From contig MQRK01183317.1 in the NCBI GenBank assembly GCA_001938485.1, positions 1-56,497 on the forward strand: DNA of 56,497 nt, read 5' to 3'. The stretch's first letter is position 1. Every line of letters begins with the position of its first letter. The notes under the pieces were generated by a model. The model was given only the letters and a program-made list of their open reading frames with translations. It was not told the origin of the DNA and did no database searches. Made by a program: the position numbers and the translations under genes. This document shows positions 11,360 through 24,499 of this stretch, piece after piece. The stretch is from Girardia tigrina. Taxonomy: Eukaryota.

Positions 11360-13350
11360 TGATGTTTATCTGGATGACATATTAATAGCAGCAAGTAGTC
11401 AAAGAAGTATTTGGAAGAATAAAAGAGACATGATTAAGAATCAAACCATCGAACTGTAAAATATTACGACAAGAAGTAAAATTCTTAGGACACGTTATAA
11501 ATGAAAAATGGATGCAGACAGATCCAGAGAAAATATCAGTAAAAGAGAATTTCAAAGACCCACATGTATCAAAAATTTAAGAATTTTTCTAGGAATTTGC
11601 AATTACTACAGAAGGTTTATAAATGGATATGCGAAGAAAGCTAAAATATTAGAAGGAATGTGTGGCTCGACTAAAGAAAAAATAATTTGGATAGATGCAT
11701 GTGAAATAGCTTTTCAGGACATGAAGAAAGCATTGATATCGTCACAAATATTGAGTTTCCCAAATTTCAAGAAACAGTTTATTCTAGATACAGACGCTAG
11801 TTTTGACCGCATATGGGCGGTACTGTCGCAGATAGGTGAATCAGGCAATATCAGCATACGAAAAAGGATATTGCATAACAAGGAAAGAATTTTTGGTAAT
11901 TTCTTACTTCTGCCAACATTTCAATCACTACTTGTACGGGAAAAAAATTAAACTGAGAACGGACCATAAAGCTATACCGTTCATGTTTCATACAAAGAAA
12001 ACATTAACAGCTCAATTCCAAACGTAGATGAATTACTTAGAATACGGGAATGGAGAACTACACAACAACGCTGATATTCTATCAAGACGGAATTGCGACA
12101 CGTGTACCAAGTGTCAAATGGAACATGAAGAAGCTAAAAAGGGTAAGAATAAGACCAGATTGTTAGCAGTGACAATGAGGAGCCAAGCGAGAGCAGGTCA
12201 AAAAGAATGGATACCAAAAGAAAAACGAAACGATTTAATCATACAGACTCAGATTATTGTGTCATGCAGGAGCAGAACAAGTATACGAATATCTGAGGGA
12301 CAAGTTTAACATGGAAGAAGAAAAGAAAAAAAGTAAAGGTGGTATCGGGAACATGCATAGAATGCCAAGAAACAAAGACAATGACCACGTAGACAAAGGA
12401 AGAAAGCGATAAAATAACAGCGTCAGATATATTTGAAAAGGTTTATATAGATATATGTGAACCTTGGAACAAGATAGTAAAAAGAGAAAGATACATTCTC
12501 GGAATGATAGATCACTTTAGCATGTATATTAGCTTGACAGCATCAAGAGACAGGACGAAGAAACAATTGTAAAACAATATTACAGAAATGGATATTAAAA
12601 TTTGGTCCACCAAAGGAGATACACAGGTTATTAAAAGTTATGTTGATATTGAGCATGTTCTAGAAAATGGAAGCTGTTATTATTTTATTAATATTATTAA
12701 TATTGTGGTAAGAGCTTCATAAAAAAAGTTAGAGAAATGCTGGAGACTAGAGGCATAAAAATAATTTTCTCCATTCCATATCACCACAATACAAATGAAA
12801 TAATCAAAAGACAATTCAGGACCATACGAGAATTCATACAGGCAAGTTTAAAAGAGAGAAATGCCACAAGTTGGGCAGACATATTACCGGATGTGGAATT
12901 TGCTATAAATGCAAGAAACAAAAGACAATAGTGGGCAGCCCAGCAGATGTCGCATTTGGCAAGAAAATAGACAGAAAAAAGTGGTATGATAACAGTAAAA
13001 TAAATCGCGAGGATCTCAGAATAAAATTAAAAGAAAAAAACAAGCCAAAGGAAAACGTGACGCAAAGAATTTATAAGGTTGGAGATAAGGTCTGGATACA
13101 AAAGGAGAATAGAACGAAATAAGAAGACAGATTCGAGGGCCCATATGAAATTATAGAAAAGATTCACGAAAGAAGTTACAAGTTGGAAGATAAAAATGGG
13201 AGACAAATTAATCGAAATGTTGAAAAATTCAAAAATTTCAAAAATGAGGGGGGATGTGACTTTTTTTATATTTACTTTGATATTTTTATATTTATATTTG
13301 ATATTTTTATATATTTTTATATTTATATTTGATATTTTTTATATTTAAAA
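11360..13350 (+). mobile_element. Decayed Gypsy/Ty3 pol (RT, RNase H, integrase) with PPT and start of the 3' LTR
   Basis: VYLDDIL at about 11365; FILDTDAS; LRTDHKA; NADILSR; integrase PYHHNTNEIIKRQFRT; GAGGGGGGA then TGTGA at 13255; many frameshifts. Confidence 0.9.
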
Positions 13351-13447
13351 CATTAATTAAGAAATAATCACAATATAATTTAGATTGATATTCAAATACA
13401 GATTTAATATGTAGAATAACCAAAGAATAAAATAATATTTCACTAAC

Positions 13448-13541
13448 GATCGTTTCCTCAATTTCTTGTAAAAGATTATCATTCCGATCAGCACCGAAAG
13501 ACTCACAAACAGAACGATTGATTCAATAATAATTATTATTC
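13448..13541 (-). CDS. Transmembrane exon of the surface-protein family (probably paralogue B)
   Basis: 94-nt exon bounded by TTCAG/GTTAG encoding GIIIIIESIVLFVSLSVLIGMIIFYKKLRKRS (hydrophobic run plus basic stop-transfer); paralogous 94-nt exon at 46982-47075. Confidence 0.7.
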
Positions 13542-15546
13542 CTGAATACAAATTCCATGTAAAAATAAATTTAATTTTTTAATGAAGTTTATTTACATAC
13601 TTTTAAATTTTTGAAATAATAAAATATGTTAAATTTTCATTCTATTTTGGGACATTTAATTTTGGCTATTTTATATTTCGCAACTTTTTGTTGCATAAAT
13701 AATGAACAATCTCAAACCTTTTCCGAAATTCTTTCTTTTTCAGAGACAAAAAAAATCACAAATTATACATTTTTGCCTCTGGAATTAAAATATTTATGTT
13801 TACAGTGATTGAACTTCTAGCACATCTTTATCCTCCATTTCTATCTATTTATCGTACATTATAAAATAGGTGGTATGGATAAACAAAGCATAAAAATATA
13901 ATATAAATCATGGATAATTATTAATACACACATTTAATTTTAAAAAATAATACAATAAGTAACTCAGATGACACGACTTGAAGTAATAGGATCAAGAGAA
14001 GGAAGGAGAATTTCAGTTTTTGACGTTAAAAGAACTTGTCATAAATCTGCCTAAATGAATCGGGTTCACAGCGGCAATCCCTGTCCGTATGCGGCAATAA
14101 GTGGAACGTTGTCGTAATTCTAAGTGGAACGGCATGGCAGCAACACTCCCATCAAATGACAGTTCGACGCGAATGAATTGCCATAAGTACTGTCGACTGA
14201 CGTTGATGAAACATGTAAAAATAATTCTAATTGAACAAAGATTATTCAGTCAGAATTACCTTTACTCTATAATTAAAAATAAATAGTTCTAAAATATTTT
14301 ATTTTAATGTAATAAATGATCAAAGAAAACAACAGACAAAAAAATAAGTCTCAATAATGATATATAACTAATCTGAACTGAAACGAATATCTGAGCACTT
14401 TCAATGTATAGAATAGTATAAAAATGACAGTAAATCGGTATATAGTTCAGGATAAATATCAAGAATCACCACTGGTATTAATGGAACTTTATCGACAATA
14501 AATAACACCAAACCGGATAGGAAAAATTAGATTTGAGACGATGTGAGAGGAAAATCTAGAATCAATATTATAATGGAGGACGAAACTTTACGTTAACATT
14601 GGATAAAAATAGGTAACAATAGTAATCTTATTTTAATCTTATTTTAAAATATTTATAACAATATTCTTCGGAACCTAATTGTTTAATTATTAATTTGATA
14701 AGATGGTACATTAAAAAATTTTATGAACTCAACAACGCTCCCAACAAGCGTAATGAATAGTCTTCCATTGAGGTAAAAAAGATGCAAAAAAGAAGGAAAC
14801 AAAATACAAGAAGAATAAATACTCTTATATGTATATTTTAAAATAAATAAATGATAGGAGAAAAACCAATGTATCAATGTAACAATACGGATTGCTACAA
14901 AACACAACAATCTCGTTCTCTGGCGGATCCCTGCTCGTAAAACGGATGCAAGAAGCAATCGGAATAAAAAAACAAACAGAGACTGGATAGCGGATGCTTT
15001 ACAAAAACGAGGCGACCATCACGCCATAACGAACCACGAAAAGATTCTAGGTGGAACGTAGTAACGATGATTAGACCTCGGCTGAAGAAGGTGCAGCGGG
15101 AATCCATGCACAAAACATCTTCAATTAATTAAAACGAATGAAAAGTCGAAGTAGACAATGAAGTATACTTTTTATTGAAATCCGGTTCCGAAAATACGTA
15201 GACAATCATATCGCAACTTCCTGAGTGTATAATTTATATTGTGAACAACGTGTTTTGCTTTTTTAATAACTCCAAAATTTTGTGTAAATTTAAACAAAGT
15301 TTTTTTATTTAAATTTAGTTTTATTTATTTATTACGTCTAAAAATTTTTATAATCAATCACAGTATATCCCCATTCTTGATCAGTAATTCACAATGGATT
15401 TTAATAATATATTTTTTTAATATGAAATTTTAAGATACGAAAAATAAATGTCATTGTTAAAGCTAAACCTTTTTTTTAATAGAGACATTACAATACAAAG
15501 AAAAATTGGATTATTTTTCTGCATATATTTTTAAGATCACTTCAAC

Positions 15547-16480
15547 AGCCCCCAACTGAAAGAGCGGAATATCGGAATTGACGTTAGTTAAGTTTCGTGA
15601 GGGTGAGTGTGTTAGAGTTGCTTTGCGATATCCATTTAGAAAAGGTAACCCGTCTGATTAGTAATTGTTTGAGTGTGTCAAGAGTGTCGTTGTCCTTCCC
15701 TTGTGCTGCTGGTTTTAATTTTTCTAAATTTACTGTTCCTGGTTTACGTTGAAACTCGATGGATGCTGTGTTGGACGTTTGATTGAATGAAATTATACGG
15801 TGCGGATCAAAGTAACACATTTGGAGAGATTTTGGGCTGTCTGTTTTTAACCAGAGAAACTTTGATTCGAATAATGAGTGAGGTATAAAAGTGCTCCATG
15901 CATTGTTGGTTTTTGGGATGGTATCTAGATTATCAAAGTGTTTCCTGGTCATTTCGAGGTGGATGTCTGAGGTTGGACTGTCGTTAAAGACTAGGTCATT
16001 GATGAGGGTGTGTGATGAAGGGAGGATATTGGTACCGAATAACATTTCACTACTGGGGATACTCCTCCAACCAAGTAAAATGAAAGAGAGCTGCTTTGTC
16101 CATTATCGAGTAATGGATGTGGCTCTGAGAGAATTCTTTAGAGTCCTGTGGAATCGTTCAACTATACCGCTGCTCTGGCGATGAAAAGCCGTGGTTCTTA
16201 GGCGTTGCGTGCCAAGGGTTTGCAGCAATTCCCGAAAAATCTTCCTCGAATTTTCTGCCTTGGTCGGTTATTATACGCTTTGGAACTCCAAATCTGGAAA
16301 TCCAATTGTTGACAAATGTTTGGACGATCGTATCAAAATTGATATTTCTGAGTTGAAAGGCTTCTGGACAACGGGAGTGTCGATCAAAAATGGTGAGCAG
16401 ATACATGTAACCTTTTGAGGCAGGGAAGAGTTTACACTGTACATTTAATTTTGAGGCATGATATTTCTCCCTGGACAACT
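15547..16480 (-). mobile_element. Decayed Gypsy integrase and 3' end (second Gypsy family)
   Basis: YLLTIFDRHSRCPEA...WISRFGVPKRIITDQGRKFE...VNLEKLKPA; GGGGG-C-TG PPT/LTR junction at about 15547. Confidence 0.85.
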
Positions 16481-16585
16481 GGAATAAATTATTATTAAAT
16501 TCAAAAGAAATTATTATGTATTGTATAATATTTTAATTTTTAATAAAATATACAATTGTTTTAATGTTTGGAAATTTGGTAATTA

Positions 16586-17800
16586 TTAGGTTGTTGCAAA
16601 AGGAATGCAGGTTTTTGATTTTTTGTAATTACCACAATGTTATGTGACTAAAACATGTATGATCTTATGAGGCAATTGAAAGCCTTATTATACTATTTCA
16701 GATATATTTGTCTAAAAGATAATATACTTTTTCTTTTGATAATAATTTCGATTTTAATTGCAGATGTCAAAACGTGATTTTTGAAAAGAATTATTTCTAC
16801 CAGTTCAAACTAAGGCGTAATGTAATTTGGGGCAAGGGAAGTGTGAACAAATGCACGGTGCAGCACTGGTATCAAAAGTTTTTTTCTGCCAAGACCAGCC
16901 TGAAAGATGAACCTCATGGCTGCCGCCCATCGACGATTAACAACGACGAATTCAAGGATCTAGAGGAAGCAGATACACGCAAAACTGTTCGAGTACTGGC
17001 AGAAATCGTCACTCGACACTTGAACCAAATTTGAAAGTTGAAAAAGCTCGATAAATGGGTACCTCACAAATTGAACGAAAGTCAAAAAAACGTCGTCTTG
17101 AGGTGTCATCTGCACAACAAGAACGACCCGTTTCTCGATCAGATTGTGATGTATAATGAGAAGTGAATTCTCTACAATAATGAGTGACGTTCACCACAAT
17201 GGTTGGATCGTGATGAGGCTCCTCACTACTTACCGAAACCGAATATCCACCAAAAGAAAGTTATGGTGACTGTTTTGTGGTCTGCAGGCGGTCTCATCCA
17301 TCACAGCTTTCTGCATACGGGTAAAACGATCACCGCAGAGAATCGCTGCCAACAAATTGACAAAATGCATCCCAAGTTCTGACGTATGTATCCGAGATTG
17401 GTTAATATGAAGGGGGCAATTCTCCTCCACGACAACGCCAGACCAAACATCCAAAACGAATCCTACAAAAGCTAAAAGAATTGGGCTACAAAACTCTGTC
17501 TCATCCATCCTACTCACCGGACCTCTCGCCCACCGACTACCATTTTTTCAAGCATTTGAATAACTTCCTCCAAGAAAATTGCTTCAAAAACCAAGACGAC
17601 GCGAAAGACACCTTTATTGCTTTGATCGCATCCCGAATTTAGGAGTTCTACACCAAGTGCATCACTAAATTTGATTCTCCTTGGCAAAAATGTATTGATT
17701 CTGATAATTTTTATTTAGATTAATAAAGTTTATTCTATTCTGAAGTACATTTCTTTAAAGGTCAGGTTCAAAAACTTGCATTGCTTTTGCAAAAACCTAA
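16586..17800 (+). mobile_element. Full-length but defective mariner (cecropia/Hsmar1-like, DD34D)
   Basis: About 33-bp TIRs TTAGGTTGTTGCAAAAGG / CTTTTGCAAAAACCTAA with TA TSD; WVPHKL, HDNARP and YSPDLSPTDYHFF motifs; stops and frameshifts. Confidence 0.95.
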
Positions 17801-18199
17801 TATTTGAATAATCTAAGAATTCAAAAATAATGTCACAGCCATTGTAAATACATATTGTATTAATTGTATTGAGTAAAGCGATTGAACAGAAAAAAGAGTA
17901 TCATAAAATGTTCCATCCGCGTATCAAAAGAGTACTTTCATAAATAAGGAAAAATCGAATACCGTTACAACAATTAATACAAAATGTATTTACTACAGCA
18001 AAAGATTCTTAGGACCCCTTAGCTTATTAACTTCAAGATTCTATGAATCCTTCTCCTTTATAATTCATTTGCCATTTATTCTATGTTTCTATAATAATTA
18101 ATTTAAATATATACATAATATTTATTAATGATTGTTCCAGATTAATAAGAAAAAATATATATTTTATATATTAAAATTAAGTTTAAAAAATATATACAT

Positions 18200-18654
18200 T
18201 ATGAGGGGTTAATTTTAAATTTTTATCTCGCCTGAATAGTTTATTATTTTTTTTAATTTAAAGGGTAAAATATTTTTATGTTAATTTGCTTATTAAATAT
18301 TTTAAAAAAATAAAAATTNNNNNNNNNNNNNNNNNNNNNNNNNNNNNNNNNNNNNNNNNNNNNNNNNNAAAATGTCAAGAAAACAAAAATATTAAATATT
18401 TATTTATAAATAAAAATATTTTTAATAAGCAATTTTAAAAATTGATTTTGAAAATAAAGTTTAAATAATTTTTTGAAATAAATTTACAGGATTTTAAAAA
18501 TTAAATCGAAAAGAATTTAATAGATTAATTTGGGTCGAGATAATTAAATTAAATTAACAGGAAAATTTGTTTTAGAAATGTGAATTGTTATAGTAATAAA
18601 TTTTGCTGTTTAAAAAAATGAATTCTGATATAGACGTTGCAACCACTTCTCACA
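18200..18654 (+). mobile_element. Solo LTR family B (TATGAG...CTCACA), spanning an N gap
   Basis: 5-bp TSD TACAT at 18195-18199 and 18655-18659; other copies at 56384-56497 and at the ends of 2118-2850. Confidence 0.75.
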
Positions 18655-19871
18655 TACATAAATATTTATAAATGAATTTTTTTGTTAAAAACAATTTCTG
18701 GAAAAAATTCATTAATGTATTTGTTAAAATAATTGGAAAAACATTGCGGTTTTCGGTTTTCTTTTGTTTTCGCGAGATCGTGTTGTAATTTTATTTCTAA
18801 TTACCGATTTGTTATGTTTGCATTTAATTCACCGGAAAGGAATTTTCAGTTGATATTTGTTCGATTTTACGGTCATAAATTTAAGAAAAAAATAATTAAT
18901 GATAAATAAATGGCCTATTTTTGTGATACTATCGAATATTTAAATTTCATTTGTTCGATCGATCATAATGAAATCATGAAAATATACATAAACGATATTA
19001 TTTTGTAGTGTGTTTCTGATGACGGTTCTGATCTGATTTAGGTTTCATACTTGTCGCTTAGTTCGGAATCGAATCAATTACTTGGGGCTCTTCTGTTCGC
19101 GCACTTGCTCTCAATCATGAAAGTAAATTGTATTCAAATTGTTCTGTAATTAGTTACTGTTATGAGATTATTTTGGTTGATAAACTGATTAATATTTATC
19201 AAAATGACAATAAAAATCGTGTGCTTTTCTCATCGAACCATGTGAATTTGTTCATTATTGATAGTGAGAATCAATTATGAATTTTCAAATTTTTAACGTG
19301 TTGTCTGTGTGGTAAATATACTGCCGATGATGAACAGTGCTTTTACATGGAGAATTGTGTGTCTCGAGTGGCGGATTCCACCTGTAATGATACTATTGTT
19401 TTGTTAATAGAATCCATGAATTCAGGAGTCTCCCTGCGACTTGATATTATTTCATTCTCCTATTAAAAAAAATCAAAAGCTTTTCGATCTCGAAAAATTC
19501 AGTAAAGTTTCCAAATTGTCGTGCTGGCGATCTGATACTGATTCTTTCATGTCCGTACAATCAATCTGAACTAAGATCTATCAGTCGCCTTGATCCCAAT
19601 CTCAAATTACCAGAGATAATCTCATCTGAAATAGTCTTGTATTTTTGTGGAATACAAGCGAAGCATCATTGAGCTGGGAGGAAAAATTGGCACTTCACAA
19701 TTGTATTAAAGAGATAAAGACGTATTTCAATCGCGAAATATTCATGCAGCTGTCACCTATCATAATGTCATCGATGCCGTGCAAAGAGTTACTACTGAAC
19801 AATATGAAAAAAAACAGAGAAAATCATGGGCCCAGCACAAAATCTTCAAATCATGCGTTAACAATGATTTA

Positions 19872-19875
<4 letters not shown>

Positions 19876-19916
<41 letters not shown>
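19876..19916. repeat. (AT)n microsatellite
   Basis: Seen directly. Confidence 0.95.
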
Positions 19917-19918
<2 letters not shown>

Positions 19919-20420
19919 AAGCAATGATTAGGAAATCGATTTATGTAATCACTTTTTAATTATATACTTTTAATAAATTTGTTGAGATTATCAATTGAAC
20001 ATTTATTTTAAGATTTTGGGTCATGATTATTAAAGCTTCACACGCAACTCTGTCCAAATAATTTGCAAAATTTGAGTACAGAACTTTAAAATTATTTATC
20101 TCAAAACTACTTTTACATTTCTTTTTATGTTCAACGGTTGAACTTATGGTAATATTGCAGAACATGGAAAGAATTTTTTGCAAATTATCGTGAGAGAGTT
20201 GTGTTTAAAGCTTTATTAATCAGGACCCACAATTCTAAAATAAATATTCAAGCGACAATCTCAACCAATGTATTAAAAGTATATAATTAAAAAGCTATTA
20301 AATAAATTGATTACATAATTATTGCTTATGTATATATACGTTATTTTGATCATATTTGTTTTTTTCTGATGATGACGGGTGATACGTCGAAATTGATCAC
20401 ATTTTTTTAAAAAATAAAAT
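19900..20420. mobile_element. Penelope-like element 3' ends (GIY-YIG endonuclease C-terminus plus UTR) in inverted arrangement
   Basis: Minus copy: STVEHKKKC...NFKVL...EALIIMTQNLKINVQLIISTNLLKVYN*; plus copy (20206-20290): KALLIRTHNSKINIQATISTNVLKVYN*. Confidence 0.75.
20366..20398 (+). ncRNA. Minimal hammerhead ribozyme motif (Penelope type), probably degenerate
   Basis: CTGATGA-T-GACG[GGTGATA]CGTC-GAAA-TTGA-TC; lies in the 3' UTR of the Penelope fragment; stem I is poor. Confidence 0.6.
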
Positions 20421-22568
20421 TTTGAATCGTGTTTAAATGTATTCTGTAAAGGTTTGACATTATTTTTTAAATACTTATTATCCTTTTTTATTTTAATCGG
20501 TCATTCATATATATTTCTTACAAAATATTGTCTTCAATTGAAGAATTAGACAAAGAAACTCTTTGACTACAATTATAAATTTATAATAATAAAGAATAAA
20601 AATCGTCTTTATATTTGCAACAATTATTTATGTTTAATTTAGGAATTTGAAAAGAAATATAAAAAACCTTTTAGAACCATAAATGTCTGAAATTACAAAA
20701 TAAACATTTAATAAAATTTTATTATATATAAATTTTTACTATAAAAAATTTCAAAACAGTTTTTTTAATAAATTTTCAATACAAGGAAAATGTTTCTCGA
20801 CAACAAAGTAAAAAATTATAATCACAATGTTTATATGATTAAAATTAATAAATTAATAATGAATTATGTAAATAAATTCGTAAAGTACGTAATGGCAAAA
20901 ATGCATATTTTTGAGCCCCTCTACCGCATGTAAGGGGCCGTAACACAGCTCGAAAGCCCCCACACAGGGGCGTCACATAACAACAAAATTACTATTAGGA
21001 AAAAATAAATTTATTACTATACTAATTAGATCTTCAGAACATAATAATAAATAAAAAAACTTATTTATTCCCTTTCTCAAGGAGATTGAAAATTAGTTTC
21101 TAAGTTAACAATTGGTAAAATCTCTTTCTTGAAAATTTCATTTAGTGTCTCTACTACTTCGTGTTCATCGAAATCTTCTTCTTCAACCTATTTGTACATT
21201 TCAAGACCTTTTGTTTCCTCAAAAATAATATTTCTATATTACGCTTTGTTAATTTTTTTGCTTTGATCTTCTTCCTAATAGCTTCAGATTTATCAGCAAC
21301 TTGAACTTTCAAATGATAATTTAGCAAAGTTTGAGAGGCAAAATAAATCTGATACTTGTTACAGTTTATTTTGTCAATCGTTGCTTTCAGACATTGACAA
21401 AACGTATAAAAAAATAAATCTTGTCTTGACAGAACTAAACTGTGAAACACGTTTTGAAATTTAAAAGATACATTATTAAATTTTTCAACTTCAATCAGTG
21501 AAGTAGCTTATGGGTATAAAACCCTAATAACTTACAAACCCTAAACGAGCTTGAATTACATAAATTACTTAATTATTTTGTTTGCTTGCTTTAGTTATAA
21601 ATATTGTAAATATGTTTATTAAAATATGTAATTAAAATTAAAAATTAAAGAAAGAAAATTTTTAAAAAAAATATTAATTGAAATAACAATAAATTATTTT
21701 TGAATTGGTTTCAACTCAAACCTATTAGATGTTCTTGGAACATCGTTGGAATTATTACTCTGAGTTCTTTCAGACATCAAAACTTTTATTATACAATACA
21801 AAAAAATGTTTAAATCTAATATTTAAACAAACTTATTATTTTTTTTGAGAAATTTTGTTTTATAAATCTTAAAACAATATAAATAAAAATACTTATAAAT
21901 ATTCATATTTGATTTTTTTACTACTTTTATAAATTAATTTTAAATTACGATAACATTTTAAAATATTTAATCGTTTCGATTAATTTTATTATTTTCTTTA
22001 AAAATCGTTCCACATATAAAAATTATACATTTTACGTTTTATATTATATTTAAAACTCTCAAAACTTTTTTAATTATTAACAATTTAGTTAGGTCTTCAT
22101 AATTTTAGTAATTTATTTTTTCAAACGTTACATATTTAATTATATATAAATTTAGTTTGTATGTATTTAATGTAACCTTTCAAAAAATTTCATAGCATTT
22201 TTAATTCCTAACAAAACCCAAACAAAAACTTCTTTGTGTTGATTGATATGTCGATTCATTGTGCATGTAGGCCCAGCATTCTTGCTTTATTAAGAATGTT
22301 GATTTGGCTCATTCAGATTGGCTAACCAATCAAAGCAAATTATTATTCATTATTTATTTATGAATGTCACATGGTTATTTTTTTGGATAACTTTGAAATT
22401 TATGACTTTCTGTTATAGTCTTAAATAAAAGATTAATAAGATGGCTTATAAAATATTTATTAACAAAATACAATGTTTAAACAGTAATATTTAAACAACA
22501 TATAAATTCCTATTTTTAATAATTTCTATTTTTTATTCATTTTTTAATAATTATAATAAAGATATAAC

Positions 22569-23110
22569 ATCCCCCTTTGGAAATCAACTATATTTTGGTG
22601 CTGGATTCCTGGTGCTTCTAATCGGGTATCTCGTCTTTCTGGCAATTGATTCTTTCCTGAATATAAATGACGTATTTGATTCATAATCTATTGATGCGTT
22701 TAATTCCCCATTGTATTTTTTTAACTAATTATAATTTCTTCTCATAACTTTCTGCGATGTTTTATCTTGAAGAATATAAGTATACTTTTTTAAAATCCTT
22801 TGTTTTGTATATGGTCCACTGTATATTGGTTTACCAACTCTTCTCTTTCTGATTTCTTTAACCAGTACTTTGTCTCCGATTCTTTATTGCTTATACCATG
22901 TGTTTCGATTATATATATCAGCTGAGTAACCAAAACCTGTTTATTATTTTGTCCATTATCAATTTGTTTAGTTTTTTCTTGTTCTCGTTTACGGCACATC
23001 ATATAATCACTTATTGATCTTGTTGTATACTCATTTTTGGTTGTGGTTAAAACTATTGGCTTTCTACCATAAACAATTTCAAAAGGACTAAGGCCTGTTG
23101 TCTTTTGATT
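22569..23110 (-). mobile_element. Gypsy 3' end fragment (integrase C-terminus, PPT, LTR start)
   Basis: TGLSPFEIVYGRKPI; AAAGGGGGA-TGTTA junction. Confidence 0.7.
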
Positions 23111-23469
23111 TGAGTTTGAATATTTTAAGTGAAATATTTCTCTTTTGATGAGACTATAAAATGAATTTGGGATAGTGTTTTTTCTGATGGTTGTATAGAT
23201 ATTATTTTCGGATTAAACGATTAATGAGTCATTTTGAAATTGAATTTAATTTCAATTGATGATTTTGAAAAAAAAATATTTCAAACGAGTGGGCCTCCCA
23301 TCTATTTCAATGGTATTGAGCCTAAGGCTCTTTAGAGGGTCCACCCCGGTAGGCCTCCTACGTGATCAGTGGCCTTTCACCTCTGAGCAGTCGATTTGCC
23401 AGTTATAAACGACCAGCCATGGAACTTGGTACCATGGCCATATGGCCATCTGGCTGTTACGGTGTTACA

Positions 23470-24301
23470 AAATTGAAGCCTTTCAAAAAAAGATATTTGG
23501 TTAGATAGAGTTAAAAATTTTCGACATGTTTCCGAATTTTGTGGAAATGATGGAAAAAAACATATTGAATTTTCAAGAAATTGATGTAAAAAAACTCATT
23601 TACTAAAACTAAAAAACAAATTTTCCATCTACTTTTCTCATTCCCGGGACATTCATACCGGTAATATGTGGATACATAATCCATTCATGCAATGTGAAAC
23701 AAATATTCTGTCTTTACTAGACGATGAGCGTTTAATTGAAATTATCAACAGACAAAAGTTTGGAATTGCTATTCAAACAGTTTGAAGTTTGATCAAATTT
23801 TGGTTGGACGTTCAGGAAAAATACCCAACGTTAAACGAAAAGGCTATAAAAATTTTACTTCCTTTTTCTATTACATATTTAGCAGAAGCTAGATTCTCTG
23901 CTTTAGTAGCCCTAAAAACATAGTATCGAAATAGGCTTGTTAATGTAGCGCCGAATATGAGAATTAGTTTGACTAATTCGATTAAAAGAAGAGAAGATAA
24001 ATTGGTTAAAGAACATGAACAACATAAAAGCCATTAGAACTTAAAATATAAATAAAAAATGTGAATGTACTATTACTATATTATGTATTGTCAAAATAAA
24101 AATTTGGATTAACTTCTTTAGTTTTAATGCTTAATTAATGTATGTAGTAGCTGCTTAACTTTTTCTTTTTAATCGTATGCATATAAAAACATTTTGTCTA
24201 AATTTTAATGCAAAAATAGGAAATTCAAATATGTCAGGGATCTTGAAGTCATTGCCCATTATTATTTGTTGTCACGTTGTCATGGACTTTGAGAAACGCT
24301 G
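23470..24301 (+). mobile_element. hAT (Charlie/Buster-like) transposase 3' fragment with right TIR
   Basis: FWLDVQEKYPTLNEKAIKILLPFSITYLAEARFSALVALKT*YRNRL (hATC dimerisation domain); ends TTTGAGAAACGCTG. Confidence 0.85.
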
Positions 24302-24499
24302 CTATAAACTTCCTATAATTTAATTTTTTAAATTTTTTACAAATTTAAATGACTTTTGATATAATTTAATTTCTTTAATTTTACAATAACATATAATGTA
24401 TTTAATATTATAGCATAAAAAGATAATTATTTGAACAAAATAATCACCTCATCTACATGTACCTCTGTAAATATAAAATTAGATTATTTTATTTAATAA

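Noticed and set aside
13990-14225. Cys-containing GC-richer segment resembling a degenerate LamG/EGF exon (DCRCEPDSF, GRF)
   Set aside because: All frames are interrupted and the similarity is too weak to assign
15891-17517. ORFs antisense to the Gypsy integrase and mariner (also 29922-30371 and 53491-53965)
   Set aside because: Shadow frames of transposon coding sequence
18720-19860. Possible Penelope ORF N-terminal region
   Set aside because: Only a weak CRxxDLI hint; no DKG or RT motif
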